This document shows, piece after piece, positions 49,259 to 63,049 of a DNA stretch of 64,000 nucleotides. Below the pieces are notes generated by a model, which saw only the letters and a program-made list of their open reading frames with translations, did no database searches and was not told the origin of the DNA. The position numbers and the translations under genes were made by a program. The first letter of the stretch is position 1; each line of letters opens with the position of its first letter. The stretch is from Mobula hypostoma (Eukaryota), in contig NC_086097.1 in assembly GCF_963921235.1 (NCBI RefSeq), forward strand, positions 23,686,001 through 23,750,000, in the 5' to 3' direction.

Positions 49259-50334
49259 ATGATGACTGCCTCCTTCTGGAGGCCTCAGCTCTTGAAGATG
49301 TGCTGGGAGACCAGGAGGGGTGTGCCCGTGATGAAGCTGGCTGAGTCCACAGCGCTCCATAGCCTCTTGCAGTCCTGTGCATTGCAGCCTCCGTACCAGG
49401 CAGTGAAACGGTCAGTCAGAACACTCTCCACTCAGATCTGCGTTAGCTTCAGGATCACAAGGCAGAGAGTGAAAGTAGGAGTACAAGAGAGGAAGAAGGA
49501 AAGCAACTTAACAATGATCATTATAGTCTGGTGTAAGATCTTTGAAACCACATGAGAGTGTGGGAGAGAAGGTCTTGGAAGCCACAACCTTATGACACAA
49601 GGAAAAATCCTTCTGTTGGCACTCTGCAAATGCATTACTGTTTTCTGTGACAGACATTGCTATCATTTAAATTATTATTTTCAACTTGTTCTATTGACTT
49701 CTAAGTGTGAGCCTTGTCAAATTTTAATTGAGCTTGGATCATTCATGTTGTCTGAAAATGACAATCTTCACAAACCTCCAGGCAGGTTTTTTTTTTCCCC
49801 CCACTACTCTATGAACTCATTGAACCAAAATTTCATTCATGCACTACACTCAAAATATAGGTTGCACAAATTGCACAAAATTGAGTTGTGGAACATCAAA
49901 TTATTCAAATTGTTCAAACAAGCCTGAAACACCCTGTTCTACTGTGTCAGCAGCAATGAGAATGGTACCATTTGATCCAATGTTTCACTGTGAAACGTTG
50001 TGTTGACCACATACATCAATGGACATCTCGTTACATTTGTTCTTCATCCACTCTTAGAGGAACTGGCCCATGTTTGGGTATTCTTACAGGTGTTCAGTGC
50101 CAAACATAAACCTTAGTTTCAGTTCCTTAAACACAGTTCTCTGTTCTGGTAAATCCTTGCACATCTCTCCAAGCTGCCACTCCACTTGATGTTCCAGCCC
50201 TTTCTGATATGGCTCAACCAATCAACATCTAGTTTCCTTATTTTCATTCGATTTATGTCATCTGTCATTCTCAGTTGGAAACGTTGTTCAAAGTGTAGAT
50301 GTATATTACTTGAGCTGAGTATGATGTTCTCCCA

Positions 50335-50680
50335 AGGGATTATTCCCTTAATGGAGAATGTTGTGCATGTCTTTGTTTAATGTCGGGAGGCTGATGTACG
50401 GGCAGCCACCACACAGTCCTTGGCAGATCAGGTCAGGGCCCAGTGGCATGGAACGCAAGATCTTCACTGCTGCGGCCTTCCTCCAGCTTCACAGCCATTG
50501 TGATGTGTCATCATCTTCTGCCACTGTTGAGGTCTTGGTTAGATCAGTCTTTGTCTCGTTCCTCCCTCTTGACCTTTACCACAATGGTGACCTTACTGGG
50601 AGATAAGCTCCAGATGATCTCGGGATCTCATGAATTTTCAAACCTCTCCACCATGACAAGGTGAAGATCCTCGGAGAAGT
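50335..50680 (-). mobile_element. RTE-derived bipartite element (family of 21750-22825)
   Basis: ggcagccaccacacag...cagtggcatggaa...aacctctccaccatgacaaggtg. Confidence 0.65.
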
Positions 50681-50899
50681 GTTCAAAATGGCACGTTGTT
50701 TACCTAATTGTTTGTTAAGTATGCTGAATTAGGTCAATGAAACAATTTTATATTCATCGTTTTCTAAAAGCAGAGTGGGTCTTTCAGATTATGCTAACTC
50801 ACATAGCATCCTATTCCCCCAGCTATTGCCCTGTAATATTCTCACCCTTGCACCGGCAGCAATTAACAGAGGCCAATTAAAGAGATTGCAGAGGATTGT

Positions 50900-51240
50900 A
50901 TAGCCAGCCTGCCCCATTATAGCCATAACCCTCTCCACCATCAAGGATATTTTCAAGAGGAAGTGTCTCAAGAAGTTGATGTTTGGTAAGTAGTCCACAA
51001 CTTCTCTCACCTTCACTCGCCCCATCACTGAACTGTTCCCACAACCTAGGGACTCAGTTCCAAGCACTCTTCATCTCATGTTAACCATATTTATTGCTTA
51101 TTTATTTATTTATTATTATTAATTCTATTTTTATCTTTTGCATTTGCACAGTTTCTTGTCTTTTGCAAATTGATTGTTTGTCTGTTCTGTTGGGTGTGGT
51201 CTTTCATTGACTCTATTATGTTTCCTGAATTTACTGTGAA
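50900..51240 (+). mobile_element. Rex1-type 3' fragment
   Basis: ttgcagaggattgta...gatattttcaagaggaagtgtctcaagaag plus typical 3' UTR. Confidence 0.65.
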
Positions 51241-51242
51241 AG

Positions 51243-54200
51243 GTTATAAGATGTAGGAGCAGAACTAGGCCATTCGACCTGTTGGGCCTGCTCCACCATA
51301 TCACCATGGCTGATCCATTTCCCTCTCAGCCCCAATCACCTGCTTTCTCCATATATCCCTTCATGCCCTGACTAATCAAGAGTCTATCAACCTCTGCCTT
51401 AAATGTACCCAATATCTTGGCCTCCACAGCCACCTGTGGCAATGAATTCCACAGATTGATCACTCTCTGGCAAAAGAAATTCCTCCTTATCTCCATTCTA
51501 AATAGTCATCCCTTTATTATGAAGCTGGTCCTAGACACCCCCATGAAGGGAAACATTCTCTCCACATCCACTCTGTCTAGGTCTTTCAGCATTTGATACT
51601 TTTCAATGATCCATCCACATTCTCCAAAATTCCAGCAAGTATAGGCCCAGAGCCATTTAACGATCCTCATATGATAAGCCATTCATTCCTGGAGTTATTC
51701 TCGTGGACCTCCTCTGAACCCTCGCCAATGTCAGCACATCTTTTCTTAGATAAGGGGCCCAAAAATTGCTCACAATACTCCAAGTGAGGCCTCACAAGTG
51801 TCTTTCAAGCCTCAGCATTGCATCCTTGCTTTTATATTCTCATCCTCTTGAAATGAATGCTAACATTGCATTTGCCTTCCTCACCAAGGTCTCAAACTAC
51901 AAGTTAACCTTTAGGAAATCCTGCCCGAGGACTCCCAAGTCCCTTTGCCCTTCGGACTTGAGAATTTACTCCATGTTTAGAAAATAGTCTACACTTTTAT
52001 TCCTTCAATCAAAGTGCACGACTCAACACTTACCTACACCTGCCACTTCTCTTCCCATTCTCCCAATCGGTCTAAGTCCTTCCACAGCCTCCTTGCTTCC
52101 TCGATGCTATCTGCCCTTCCACCTCCTTTCATTTTGTCCACAAACTTAGCCAGAAAGCCATCAATTCTGTCATTCAAAGCATTGACATATAGCATAAAAA
52201 GAGGAGGTCTCAAACCCAACTCTGTAGAACACCCAGTAGTCACCAGCAACCAAAAGGAAAAGACTCCTTTTATTCTCACTCTTTGCCTCCTGCCAATCAG
52301 CCTATGATCTATCTATGCAAGTATCTTTCCTGTAATAGCCTGGGTTCTTACCTTGTTTAACAGCCTCATGTTGGCAACTTGTCAAAGATCTTCTTAAAAT
52401 CCAAGTACATAACATCCACCAATTCTCCTTTGTCTATGGTGCTTGTTATTTCCTCAAAGAATTCCAACAAATTTGTCAGGCAAGATTTTCTCCTTCAGGA
52501 AACCATGCTGACTTTGGCCTATTTTATTATGTGCCTCCAATACCCTGAGACCTCATCCTTAACAACCATCTCCTACAACTTCCCCAGTACTGAGGTTGAG
52601 CAAACTAGCCTATAATTTCCTTTCTTCTGCCTCCCTCCCTTCTTAAAGACTGGAGTGGCATTTGCAGTTTTCCAGTTCTCCAGAACAATGCCAGAATCTA
52701 ATGATTCTTGATAAATCATTACTAATGCTTCCACAATCTCTTTAGCTACCTCTTTAGGAACCCTAGAGTGTAGTCCATCTGGTCCAGATGAACTATCTAC
52801 CTTCAGACCTTTCATCTTTCCAAGCACTTTCCAAGTGATGAAATGCTTTGAGAGGTTGGTTATGACTAGACTGAACTCCTGCCTCAGCAAGGACCTGGAT
52901 CCATTGCAATTTGCCTGTTGTCACAATAGGTCAACAGCAGATGCAATCTCCATGGCTCCTCATACGGCTTTAGACCACCTAGACAGCACAAACACCTACT
53001 TCAGAATGCTGTTCATCGACTATAGATCAGCAGTCATACCATCATTCCCACAATCCTGATTGAGAAGTAGCAGATCCTGGGCCTCTGTACCTCGCTCTGT
53101 AATTGGATCCTTATCTTCCTAACCGGAAGACCATAGTCTGTGCGGATTGGTGATAACATATCCTCCTCGCTGACGATCAACACTGGCGCACCTCGGGTGC
53201 GTGCTTAGCCCACTGCTTTACTCTATTTATAGACATGTCTGTGTGGCTAGGCGTAGCTCAAATACCATCTAAAAATTTGCTGACGATACAACCATTGTTG
53301 GTAGAATCTCAGATGGTGACGAGGGAATGTATAGCAGTGAGATATGCCAACTAGTGGAGTGGTGTTGCAGCAACAACCTGGCACTCAACATCAGTAAAAC
53401 GAAAGAGCTGATTGTGGACTTCAGGAAGGGTGATACAAAGGAACGTATACCAATCCTCATAGAGGGATCAGAAGTGGAGAGAGTGAGCAACTTCAAGTTC
53501 CTGGGTGTCAAGATCCCTGAGGATCTAACCTGGTCCCAACATATTGATGTAGTTATAAAGAAGGCAAGACAGTGGCTATACTTTATTAGGAGTATGAAGC
53601 GATTTGGCATGTCAACAAATACACTCAAAATTTTCTATAGTTGTACCGTGGAGGGCATTCTGACAGGCTGCATCACCGTCTGGTATGGGGAGGGGCTACT
53701 GCACAGGACCGAAGGAAGCTGCAGAGGGTTGTAAATCTAGTCAGCTGCATCTTGGGCACTAGCCTACAAAGTACCCAGGACATCTTTAGGGAGCGGTGTC
53801 TCAGAAAGGCAGCGTCCACTACTAAAGACCTCCAGCACCCAGGGCATGCCCTTACCATCAGGTAGGAGACACAGAAGCCTGAAGGCACACACTCAGTGAT
53901 TCAGGAACAGCTTCTTCCCCTCTGCTATCCGGTTCCTGAATGGACTTTGAAGCTTTGGACACTAGCTCACTTTTTTTAATATACAGTATTTCTGTTTTTG
54001 CACATTTTTAATAATCTATTCAATATCCATAATTGATTTACTTGTTTATTTATTATTATGTTTTTTAATTTCTTATTTTTTTTCTCTCTCTCTGCTAGAT
54101 TATGCATTGCATTGAATTGCTGCTGCTGTTAACAAATTTCATGTCACATGCAGGTGATAATAAACCTGATTCTGATTCTGATTCTCACCTGTTCCCGAGT

Positions 54201-55190
54201 AACAGCAGCTGCACCAACTTCTGCCCATTCACACTCTTAAACTTCTGGTATACTGGTTGTGTCTTTCACAGTGAAGACGAATGCAAAGTATTTATTCAGC
54301 TTGTACACCATTTCCTTGTCCCCCATTAAAAACTCTCCAGTGTCATTTTCCAGAGTCCGATATCTAAACTCACCTCTCTTCTAATCTGTATATATCTGAA
54401 GAAAAACTTTTGGTATCTTCTTTGATATTATTGGCTAGCTTATCTTCATATTTCAGCTTTGTCACCCTTATGGCTCTTTTAGTTGCCTTTTGTTCATTTT
54501 TAAAAGTGTCCCAATCCTCCAACTTGGCACTATTTTTTGCTGCATTATTTTCCCTCTCCTTTGCTTTTATGTTGTCTTTGGCTTCCCTTGTCAGCCACGG
54601 TTGCATCTTACTGCCTTTAGAATACTTTTTGGGATATATCAATCCTGCACCTTTCAAATTGCTCCCAGAAACATCAGCCATTGCTGTTCTCCCAACATGC
54701 CTGCTCGTGTCCCTTTCCAATCAACTTTGGCCAGCTCCTTTCTCATGTATCTGTAATTCCACTGTAATACTGATACCTCTGACTTTAACTCTTTTCTCTC
54801 AAATTTCAGGGCGAATTCTATCATATTATGATCACTGCTTCCTGAGGGTTCCTTTACATTAAACTCCCTAATCAAATCCTGTTCATTACACAACACCCAA
54901 TCCAGAATTGCCTTTCCCTTAGTGGGCTCAAACACAAGCTGCTCCAAAAAGCCTTTGCGCAGGCATTCTTCAAATTTTTTCTCTCTCAGGATCCAGTACC
55001 AATCTGATTTTCACAATCACCTGCATATTTAAATCCCCAGATTAACATTTGCCCTTGTGACATGTCTTTTCTATCTCCCATTGTAATTTGTAGCCCTCAT
55101 CCTGGCTACTGTTTGGAGGTCTACAAATATAATTTCCCTCAAGGTCTTTTTACTCTTGCAGTTCCTTAACTCTACCTAGAATTATGATCT
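51243..55190 (-). mobile_element. Long CR1 LINE (endonuclease, RT, 3' end) split by a Rex1 insertion
   Basis: EQLVFEPTKGKAILDWVLCN..GSSDHNMIEF (EN), PWLTREAKDNIKAKER, SSGPDGLHSRV..WKTANATPVFKKGGRQKKGNYRLV (RT); 3' end at 51243. Confidence 0.93.
52835..54185 (+). mobile_element. Rex1/Babar LINE, 5'-truncated, (GATTCT)n tail
   Basis: MKCFERLV...LDPLQFA..NRSTADAI...RMLFIDY; KFADDTTIVG at ~53273; LNISKTKELIVDFRK. Confidence 0.93.
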
Positions 55191-55849
55191 TCTTTCAGCC
55201 ATGACTCAGTAATGACCACAGCATCATACCTGCCAATCATTAACTAAGCTCCCAACGATAATCTTCTTTCAGCCCCCTTATTTTGACAATTCCCATTCTT
55301 GTATTCAAATCTCTGTGGTTCTCCCCCTCCCTGTCTCTATAATTTGCTCCTACTTAACTCCATCCTCCTGTTTTATGCCTGTAACCTTTGACACTCTTAA
55401 TAGGAGGAAAGAGAGGTAAAGGGAGATAGATGTTCAAGAATGTATCCCCCAAGCTGTAGGGTCTTTGAAATTTTGATGGCCAGTGGTGAAAAAGTGATAT
55501 TGAAAATATAATATTAAAATATTGAAAAATATGTATTGAAAATTACAAGAAGCCAGAGTTGGAGGGTAGATAAAATAGTTATAGAGACAGGGAGGGCAAG
55601 AATACACAGGGATTTGAATACAAGAGTGAGAATTTTCAAAATGAGCTCAGCACAGATGCAGATAGTGACTGATGGACTAATAATCCAAGAGAGACCAAGA
55701 TCTAAGTCTTGTCTCTCTGCAAAGCTGTCATTCTGTCAAAAGTTTTCTCATTTAGCTTCAGTTTCATTCCCAACAACACAGGATACATTTCATTCTGTGA
55801 ATCAAGGCTATGAAAGTTGAAATAGAAAGCTTCTTGACATGTTTGTAAT

Positions 55850-56357
55850 ATCAGGACATGCCCTCTTCTTATTACTACCATCAGAGAGGAAGCACAGGAG
55901 TGTGAAGACGTACGCTGAATGTTTTAGGAACAACACATTCCTCTCTGCCATTAGATTTGTGACGGATATTGATCCAACCCATGAACTCTACCTCACTATT
56001 TTTGTTCTCTTTCACTCTATTTATTTAATTTGATTTTATATGTATGATTTTATTGTAATTCATTTTACTTTTATGTACTGCTGCTGCAAAATAACAAATT
56101 TCAAAGTTCAAAGTAAATTTACTATCAAAGTGTATATATATGCCACCATATACTTTGCTGAGGTTCATTTTCTTGCAGGCATCAAGCAGAAGAAAGAAAT
56201 ACTGTACAATAGAATCAATGAAATGACTACACACAAAGACTGACAACCACTGTACAAAAGACGACAGTGAAAATACAAAGAAACGTATAATAACATGAAT
56301 AATAAATAAATAATGAGAACCTAATTTGTAGAGCCCTTGAAAGTGAGTCCACAGGTA
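55850..56357. mobile_element. Two Rex-type 3' ends in opposite orientation (+ to ~56100, - from ~56100)
   Basis: GHALFLLLPSERKHRS on +; ttcaaagttcaaagtaaatttact tail on -. Confidence 0.7.
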
Positions 56358-56412
56358 ACACTCAAAAGCACAACATACAGAATGTCAGTGATTTTTTTAA
56401 CAAATAAATCTT

Positions 56413-58800
56413 AGACCATATGACCATAACATATGGGAGCAGAATTACGCCATTTTGCCTATCCCATATCCCTTCATGCACTGACCAATCAAAAATTTAA
56501 CAACCTAAATGTACATAAAGACTTGGCCTTCACAGCTGCCTCTGGCAAAGAATTCCACAAATTCACCCCTCTCTGGCAAAAGAAATTCCTCCTTATCTCT
56601 GTTATAAAAGGACGCCCCGCTATTCTGAGGCTGTGAAATGAGGTCTTTGACTCTCCCATTATAGGAAACATCCTCTCCACATCCACTCTTCAAAGCCTTT
56701 CACTATGCGATAGGTTTCAATGAGATTATCCCTCATTCTTCTGAATTCTTGTGAATATAGGCCCAGAGCCATCAAATGCTCGTCATATGACAAGCCATAC
56801 AATACTGGAATCACTTACATGAGCCTTCTTTGAACACTCTCCAGTTTCAGAAAATCCTTTTTAAGATAAGGGGCCCAAAACTGCTCACAATATTTCAAGT
56901 GAAGCCTCACCAGTGCTTTATAAAGTCTCAACATTATACCTTTGCTTTTATATCTAGCCTTCCTGAAATGAGTGCCAAGATTACATTTGCCTTTCTTGCC
57001 ACAGACTGAACCTACAAATTAACCTTTGGGGAACCTTGCACAAAAACTCCTAAGTCCCTTTCCACCTCAGTTTTCTATAATTTCTCTCCACTTAGAAAAT
57101 AGTCAACCCTTTCATTTCTTCTGCCAAAGTTCATGGCCATGCACTTCCCAACAGTGCATTCCATCTGCCACTACTTTGCCCATTCTCCTAATCTGTCTAA
57201 GTCCTTCTGTTGACTACTTCGTTCCGAGAAACTACCTGCCCCTTCACCTATCATACTGTCTGCAAACTTTGCAACAAAACTATCAATTCCCTCATTCAAA
57301 TCATTAACATATAATGTAAAAAGAATCAGTCCCAACACAGACCCCTATGGAACACCACCAGTCACCAACAGCCAACCAGAAAAGACTCCCTTTATTCCCA
57401 CTCTTTGCTGCCTGCCACTGCTTTATCCATGCTAGAATCTTCCCTGTAATACCAGGGGCCTCGTAGCTTGTTAAGCAGCCTCATGTCAGAGGCCTTCTGA
57501 AAATCCAAGTACACAGCATAAACCAATTCTCCTTTATCTATTCTACTTGTTATTTCTTCAAAGAATTCCAACAGATTTCTCACGCAAGATTTTCCCTTGA
57601 GGAAACCATGCTGACCGCGGTCTATTTTATTATGCGTTTCCAAGTACCCTGAGACCTCATCCTTAACAATCAACTAACATCTGCCTCCCTCCTTCACCAA
57701 TTCCTTAGCCACATATTAAACTGTATACTCTTCCTAGTTCTGGCCTCACTAGCACGTGGCACAGATAGCATTCCTGAGATCACAACCCTGGAGGTCCTGC
57801 TTTTTAACTTAGCACCTAACTCCCTGAACTCCCTATGCAGAACCTCATCACTTGTCCTACCCATATCATTTGTACCTATATGAACCATGACCTCTGTCTG
57901 TTCACCCTCCCACTTAAAACTAAAGATGTCTCTATCTTAGATGTCCAGGGCCCTAGCACCAGGGAGGTAACATATCATCTGGGAGCCTCATTCTGTCCCA
58001 CAGAACTTCATGTCTTTTCCCCTAGCCAACGAATCCCTTATCACTACAGTGTGCTTCTTCTCCCCCCTTCCGTTCTGAGTTACAGAGCCAGACTTAGTGC
58101 CAGATACCCAACCACTGTGATTCTCCTCTGTTGTCACTCCCCCCAACACAAATGCAAAGTGATAAACCTGTTGTTGAGAGTACTCCACCCTGGCTCCGTA
58201 ACCCCTTTCCCTTTCCTGACTGTCACCCAATCACCTATGTCCTGCACCTTGGGCGTAGCTACCTCTCTGTATATCCTATCTATCACCCCTTCAACCTCTC
58301 AAATGATCCAGAAGTCATGCAGTACCAGCTCTACCTCCTGAACGTGGTTTGTTGGAAGCTGCAGCTGGATGCGGTTCCTGCAGTTGTAGTCGTCAGCGAC
58401 ACTGGAGGTCTCCCTGCCTTCCCACGCCCCACAAGAGGAGCATTCCACTATTCTGCCTGACACCTCTACTGTCCTAACTGCAAGGATATAAAGGGAAGGA
58501 AAGAAAAAACTTATAGCTTTTCTTTACTTTTGCTTTCTCTGACTGAAGTCTCTCTGCGCTGAAGCCTTGAAGAGCTAAACTTCAAGATCACCATTCTGAC
58601 TCTGTCCACGCAGAGGACGGCCGCTGCACTCGCCCCTGCCTTCCTTTAATTTGCTCTTGTAAATCAATCACTAAGACTGATTAGTCACTGGTGAATGCTC
58701 TATTACGCTGCCCTTGTCCATTGCCCAAGTAGAAATGATCGTAACCCCTTCCTCTCAACTTCCAGTGTCCGGATTGGTCGCTGGTCAATGCTCTATTACA
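56413..58800 (-). mobile_element. Internally deleted CR1 LINE keeping 5' UTR, ORF1 (SGNH esterase) and RT/3' end
   Basis: ORF1 VVIRDSLARG...FCG and VHIGTND..RVVISG (57694-58230) abut RT GQHGFLKGKSCVRNLLEFFEEITSRIDKG..VYLDFQKA (57392-57673). Confidence 0.88.
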
Positions 58801-59852
58801 CTTGGGACTCGATGAAACATAGTTCACTGATGTTTTCATACTTTTAAAAATGTTGATTTAGAAACATTTTGAAAAGATGAAATTCACAATTTGCCCCGCA
58901 GTTGTTCCACTTGCTGCGCTACCTTTCTGTACCTCAGATGCTTAGCTGTATAATCAGCATGGAGCTCTCTGTGCCTTCATACTCGGAGCTGTGGATCACA
59001 TCATAAAAATATGGCATCTCTCAATGTGGGCGTTGAACACGAAGCCAGAGTTTGTCTGAAGTGTGACCTAATTTGCACCTTTTCATCCACTGAACAAGTG
59101 TGATTTATACATTGAATTGTTAAAAAAAAGCTAATTAAAAGTGCAATCAGATAGTTCCAGCAGAGTCTGTACTGGGATAATCCTACTGCAAAGGAGGTGA
59201 AATCCCTCTGCTGAGGAGCTGTTTTAATTTTCCCCTTGTATAAAGGACCCACGAGAAACTTCACATTCTCTGTAATAGGATGCCTAGTTTCCACAAGTTC
59301 CAGCAATCTTAATTGGTGATGTCTTAGTTACTGATAATGAATAACTAAATGTGAAAGGTTGCAATTGAGGATGCAATGGTTATAGAACATTACACTGCAG
59401 GCCCTTGGCCCACAATGTTGTGCCAACCTACTCTAAGATCAATCTAACCCTTCCTACATAGCCCTCCATTTTTCTATCATCCATGTCACCAAATACCCTC
59501 TCAAACTTCTACAGATGTAACGTGGAGAGCATTCTAACTGACTGCATCACCATCTGGTGTTGAGAGGGGTATGGGGTTGGGGAGGAGGGCTACTGCACAG
59601 GATCAAAGGAAGCTGCAGAAAGTTGTGAACTCAGTCAGCTCCATCATGCTAGCCTTCCCAGTATCCAGGACATCTTCAAGGAGCAGTGCCTCAAAAAGGC
59701 AACATCCATCATTAAGGACCCCCATCATTCAGGTCCTTGCCCTCTTCTCATTGCTACCATCAGGGAGCAGGTACAGAAGCTTGAAGGCACACACTCAGTG
59801 ATTCAGGAACAGCTTCTTCCCTTCTGACATCAGATTTCTGAATGAACATTAA

Positions 59853-60750
59853 TAGAAACATAGAAAACCTACAGCACGATACAGGCCCTTCGGCCCACAA
59901 AGCTGTGCCGAACATGTCCCTACCTTAGAACTACCTAGGCTTTACCCATAGCCCTCTATTTTTCTAAGTTCCATGTACCCATCCAGGAATCTCTTAAAAG
60001 ACCCTATCATTTCGCCTCCACCACTGCTGCCTGCAGCCCATTCCACACACTCACCGCTCTCAGTGTAAAAAAACTTACCCTGACATCTCCTCTGTACCCA
60101 TTTCCAAGCACCTTAGAACTATACCCTCTCATGCTAGCCATTTCAACCCTGGGAAAAAGCCTCTGACTATCTACATGGTCAATCATCTTATCATCTTATA
60201 CACCTCTATCAGGTCACCTCTCATCCTCCGTTGCTCCAAGGAGAAAAGGCTGAGTTCACTCAACCTATTCTCAGAAGGTAAGCTCCCCAATCTAGGCAAC
60301 ATCCTTGTATATCTCTTCTACACCCTTTCAATGGTTTCCACATCCTTCCTGTAGTGAGGCGACCAGAACTGAGCACAGTTCTCCAGGTGGGGACTGACCA
60401 GGGCCTTATAGAGCTGCAACATTACCTCTCGGCTCTTAAGCTCAATCCCACGATTGATAAAGGCCAATGCACCGTCTGCCTTCTTAACCACAGAATCAAC
60501 CTGCATAGCAGCTTTGAGTGTCCTATGGACTCGGACCCCAAGATCCCTCTGATCCTCCACACTGCCAAGAGTCTTACCATTAATACTATATTCTGCCATC
60601 ATATTTGACCTACCAAAATGAGCCACCTCACACTTATCTGGGTTGAACTCCATCTGCCACTTCTCAGCCCAGTCTTGCATCCTATCAATGTCCCTCTGTA
60701 ACCTCTGACAGCCCTCCACACTATCCACAACACCTCCAACCCTTTGTGTC
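59853..60750 (-). mobile_element. Young CR1 LINE, 5'-truncated
   Basis: 150-aa ORF CQRLQRDIDRMQDWAEKWQMEFNPDKCEV...FWSPHYRKDVETIERV. Confidence 0.95.
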
Positions 60751-60801
60751 ATCATTGAACCCATGAACACTACCTCACTACTTATTTAATTTAACTACTT
60801 A

Positions 60802-60802
<1 letters not shown>

Positions 60803-60836
<34 letters not shown>
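60803..60836. repeat. (TA)n microsatellite
   Basis: Directly visible. Confidence 0.95.
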
Positions 60837-60839
<3 letters not shown>

Positions 60840-61469
60840 TTACTGTAATTATGTTATTGTGTATTGCAATGACCTGCTGCCACATAACAACAAATTTCAT
60901 GACATATGCCGGTGATAGTAAACCTGATTCTGATTCGGATTCTGGTGTGCCTATCTATGAGTTTCTCAAATGAGCCTAATGTACTTGCTTCTATCAACAT
61001 CTGTAGGCAGGTGGTCCACGTACCCACCATTCTCAGTGTAAAGAACTTACCTCTGGTATTCCCTCTATCTTTCGTTTAATGACCTTAAAGCTATTTTTTC
61101 ATATACTAGCCATTTCCGCTCTGGCTATCTACTTACAGTACATCCTGATAGACAGTTCTATCAAGTCACATCTCAATCTCCTTCGTTCCAGAGAGAAAAG
61201 CCTCAGCTTGCTCTGCCTGTCTCTCACTCAGCCCACTAATACAGTGATTATGTTACTGGACAAAAAGTTCAGAGGCCTAGACGAGCATCCAGAAATTGTT
61301 CAAATTCTGTGGTGGCAGCTGTGAGCTTTAATTCAGTTAGTAATGCAATTCATTAATTTAGAATCTAAATAACATGCTCAAGCTCACCATTACCATGAAA
61401 CTAATTCACGCCTTTATATTGAATAGACTAGATTACTGGCTTTCCAACACAATCCATTGAAATATCTCA

Positions 61470-61932
61470 ATTCATTCAGAGTGCCACTGCCAGACTTTTA
61501 ACTAAAACCAGGATGAGAGAGCTTTTCACTCCTGCCCTAACGACTTCCTGCGTCTTTTAGAATTGATTTTAAAGTTATCTTACTTGATTTTAAAACTCTC
61601 AATGGTCTGGGAATGGAGTACATCCCAGAATTGCTTTTATTTTACGATCTTGCTTGAGCTCTTAGGTCTTAATAAGTTTAAACAGTCTCCCTGAAAAGGA
61701 AATTGGCAAGTCAGCTTTTTTTTTACTACAGTCCTAAACTGTGGAACTCAGTACCTAAAACTATAAGAGATGCAGTTTAAACGCCAGTTTAAAACCTATT
61801 TATTTACCCTTGCTTTTAACTAACATAACCTTGTCTTTTATTTTCATGTTTGCACTTTATCCCATTGTAAAACACTTTGAGCTACATTGTTGTTAGAAAG
61901 GTGCTCTATAAATAACATTATTATTATTATTG
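61470..61932 (+). mobile_element. L2-clade LINE 3' end
   Basis: IQSATARLLTKTR (61474), FRIDFKVILL..KTLNGLG (~61556); tail (TTA)n. Confidence 0.85.
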
Positions 61933-62117
61933 TTAATAAACTCTGCAAAACAACTGGTTTAACAAAAATCTGAACTGGTTCACTAATTTGCTATCCTTAC
62001 ATAATCTGGTGCACATGTCACTATAAGAAATAAGTGCTGGAACAAATCATTCGCCCCGTCAGTGAACCCATGTATCTCTGTTCAATAACAGAACCTCTGT
62101 AGCTCAATATTTACCAG

Positions 62118-62360
62118 CACTGGGTGGCATGGTAGTGCAGCGGTTAGCCTAACACTATTACAGCACCAAAAACCCGGATTCAATTCCGTCACTATCCTTA
62201 AGGAGCTTGTACATTCTCCCCGTGACTGCATGGGTTTCCTCCTGGTGTTCCAGTTTCCTCCCATATTCAACGTGTTAGTAGGTTAATGGGTGTGATTGGG
62301 CAGCATAGACTAATTGGGCCAGAAAGACCCATTACTGTGTTGTACCTCTGAATAAATAAA
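62118..62360 (+). mobile_element. HE1-like tRNA/V-SINE
   Basis: gggtggcatggtagtgcagcggttagc head; ttctccccgtgactgcatgggtttcctcctggtgttccagtttcctccca. Confidence 0.82.
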
Positions 62361-63049
62361 CAACATTTCAGTCTTATCTGTAATTAGAGATTGTGATCCC
62401 TCGTTCAACAATCCTCAACCAAGTGAAACATTCTCCCCATTATCTAATCTGTTGATTCTGCTGAGAACTTTTCAATGAAGTCACTTCCATTTATAAACAG
62501 TAGATTAGCTACCACTGTTATAAAACTATTAAATAAATTTCACAACATGTGCTGATGATATTAAACCTGATTCTGATTCTGAAATAGTTCCCTGGTGTGA
62601 CATATTGGTCTCTTGACCTCACGATCTACCTCACTATGACGTTGCCCCTTAATGTCTACCTCCTCTGCATCTTCTCTGTAGCTGTTACACTTAATTCACC
62701 ATTCTGTTATTGTTTTACTTTGTTCTAGCTCAATGCACTGTGTAATAATGAACAGTATGAAAGCAAAGCTTTTCACTGTATCTCCGTAAATCTGACAATA
62801 ATAAAGCAATTCCTGTTCCAGTTCCATATTGTTATGAAAGACCTGTCATTCCAAGAGCCTATCTAATGAATCTTTGCTACACTCTCCCAGTAGATCCTAT
62901 TTTTGGATAGGAAAACCAAAGTTGATGAGGTTAGATGTTATCTCTCAAATGCCCTTTATAAGTGCATTGCTGTCCTGCACAAATTGTCTTGCAATACGAG
63001 CCTAGGTTGTCTTCATGATAGACCACAGCACCTGCATGTTAACTTTCAT

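Larger units (their letters stand above)
59480..60943 (+). mobile_element. Rex1-type 3' fragment split by a CR1 insertion
   Basis: AQDQRKLQKVV...ALFSLLPSGSRYRSLKAHTQ; resumes cattgaacccatgaacac at ~60753; (GATTCT)n tail. Confidence 0.8.

Noticed and set aside
55497..55545. ATATTGAAAA-type short repeats suggesting an array
   Set aside because: Low-complexity AT tandem with no regular unique spacers; not CRISPR-like, and the sequence is eukaryotic
59001..59306. 101-aa minus-strand ORF in unique DNA
   Set aside because: Non-ATG start, no recognisable domain and no clear splice signals
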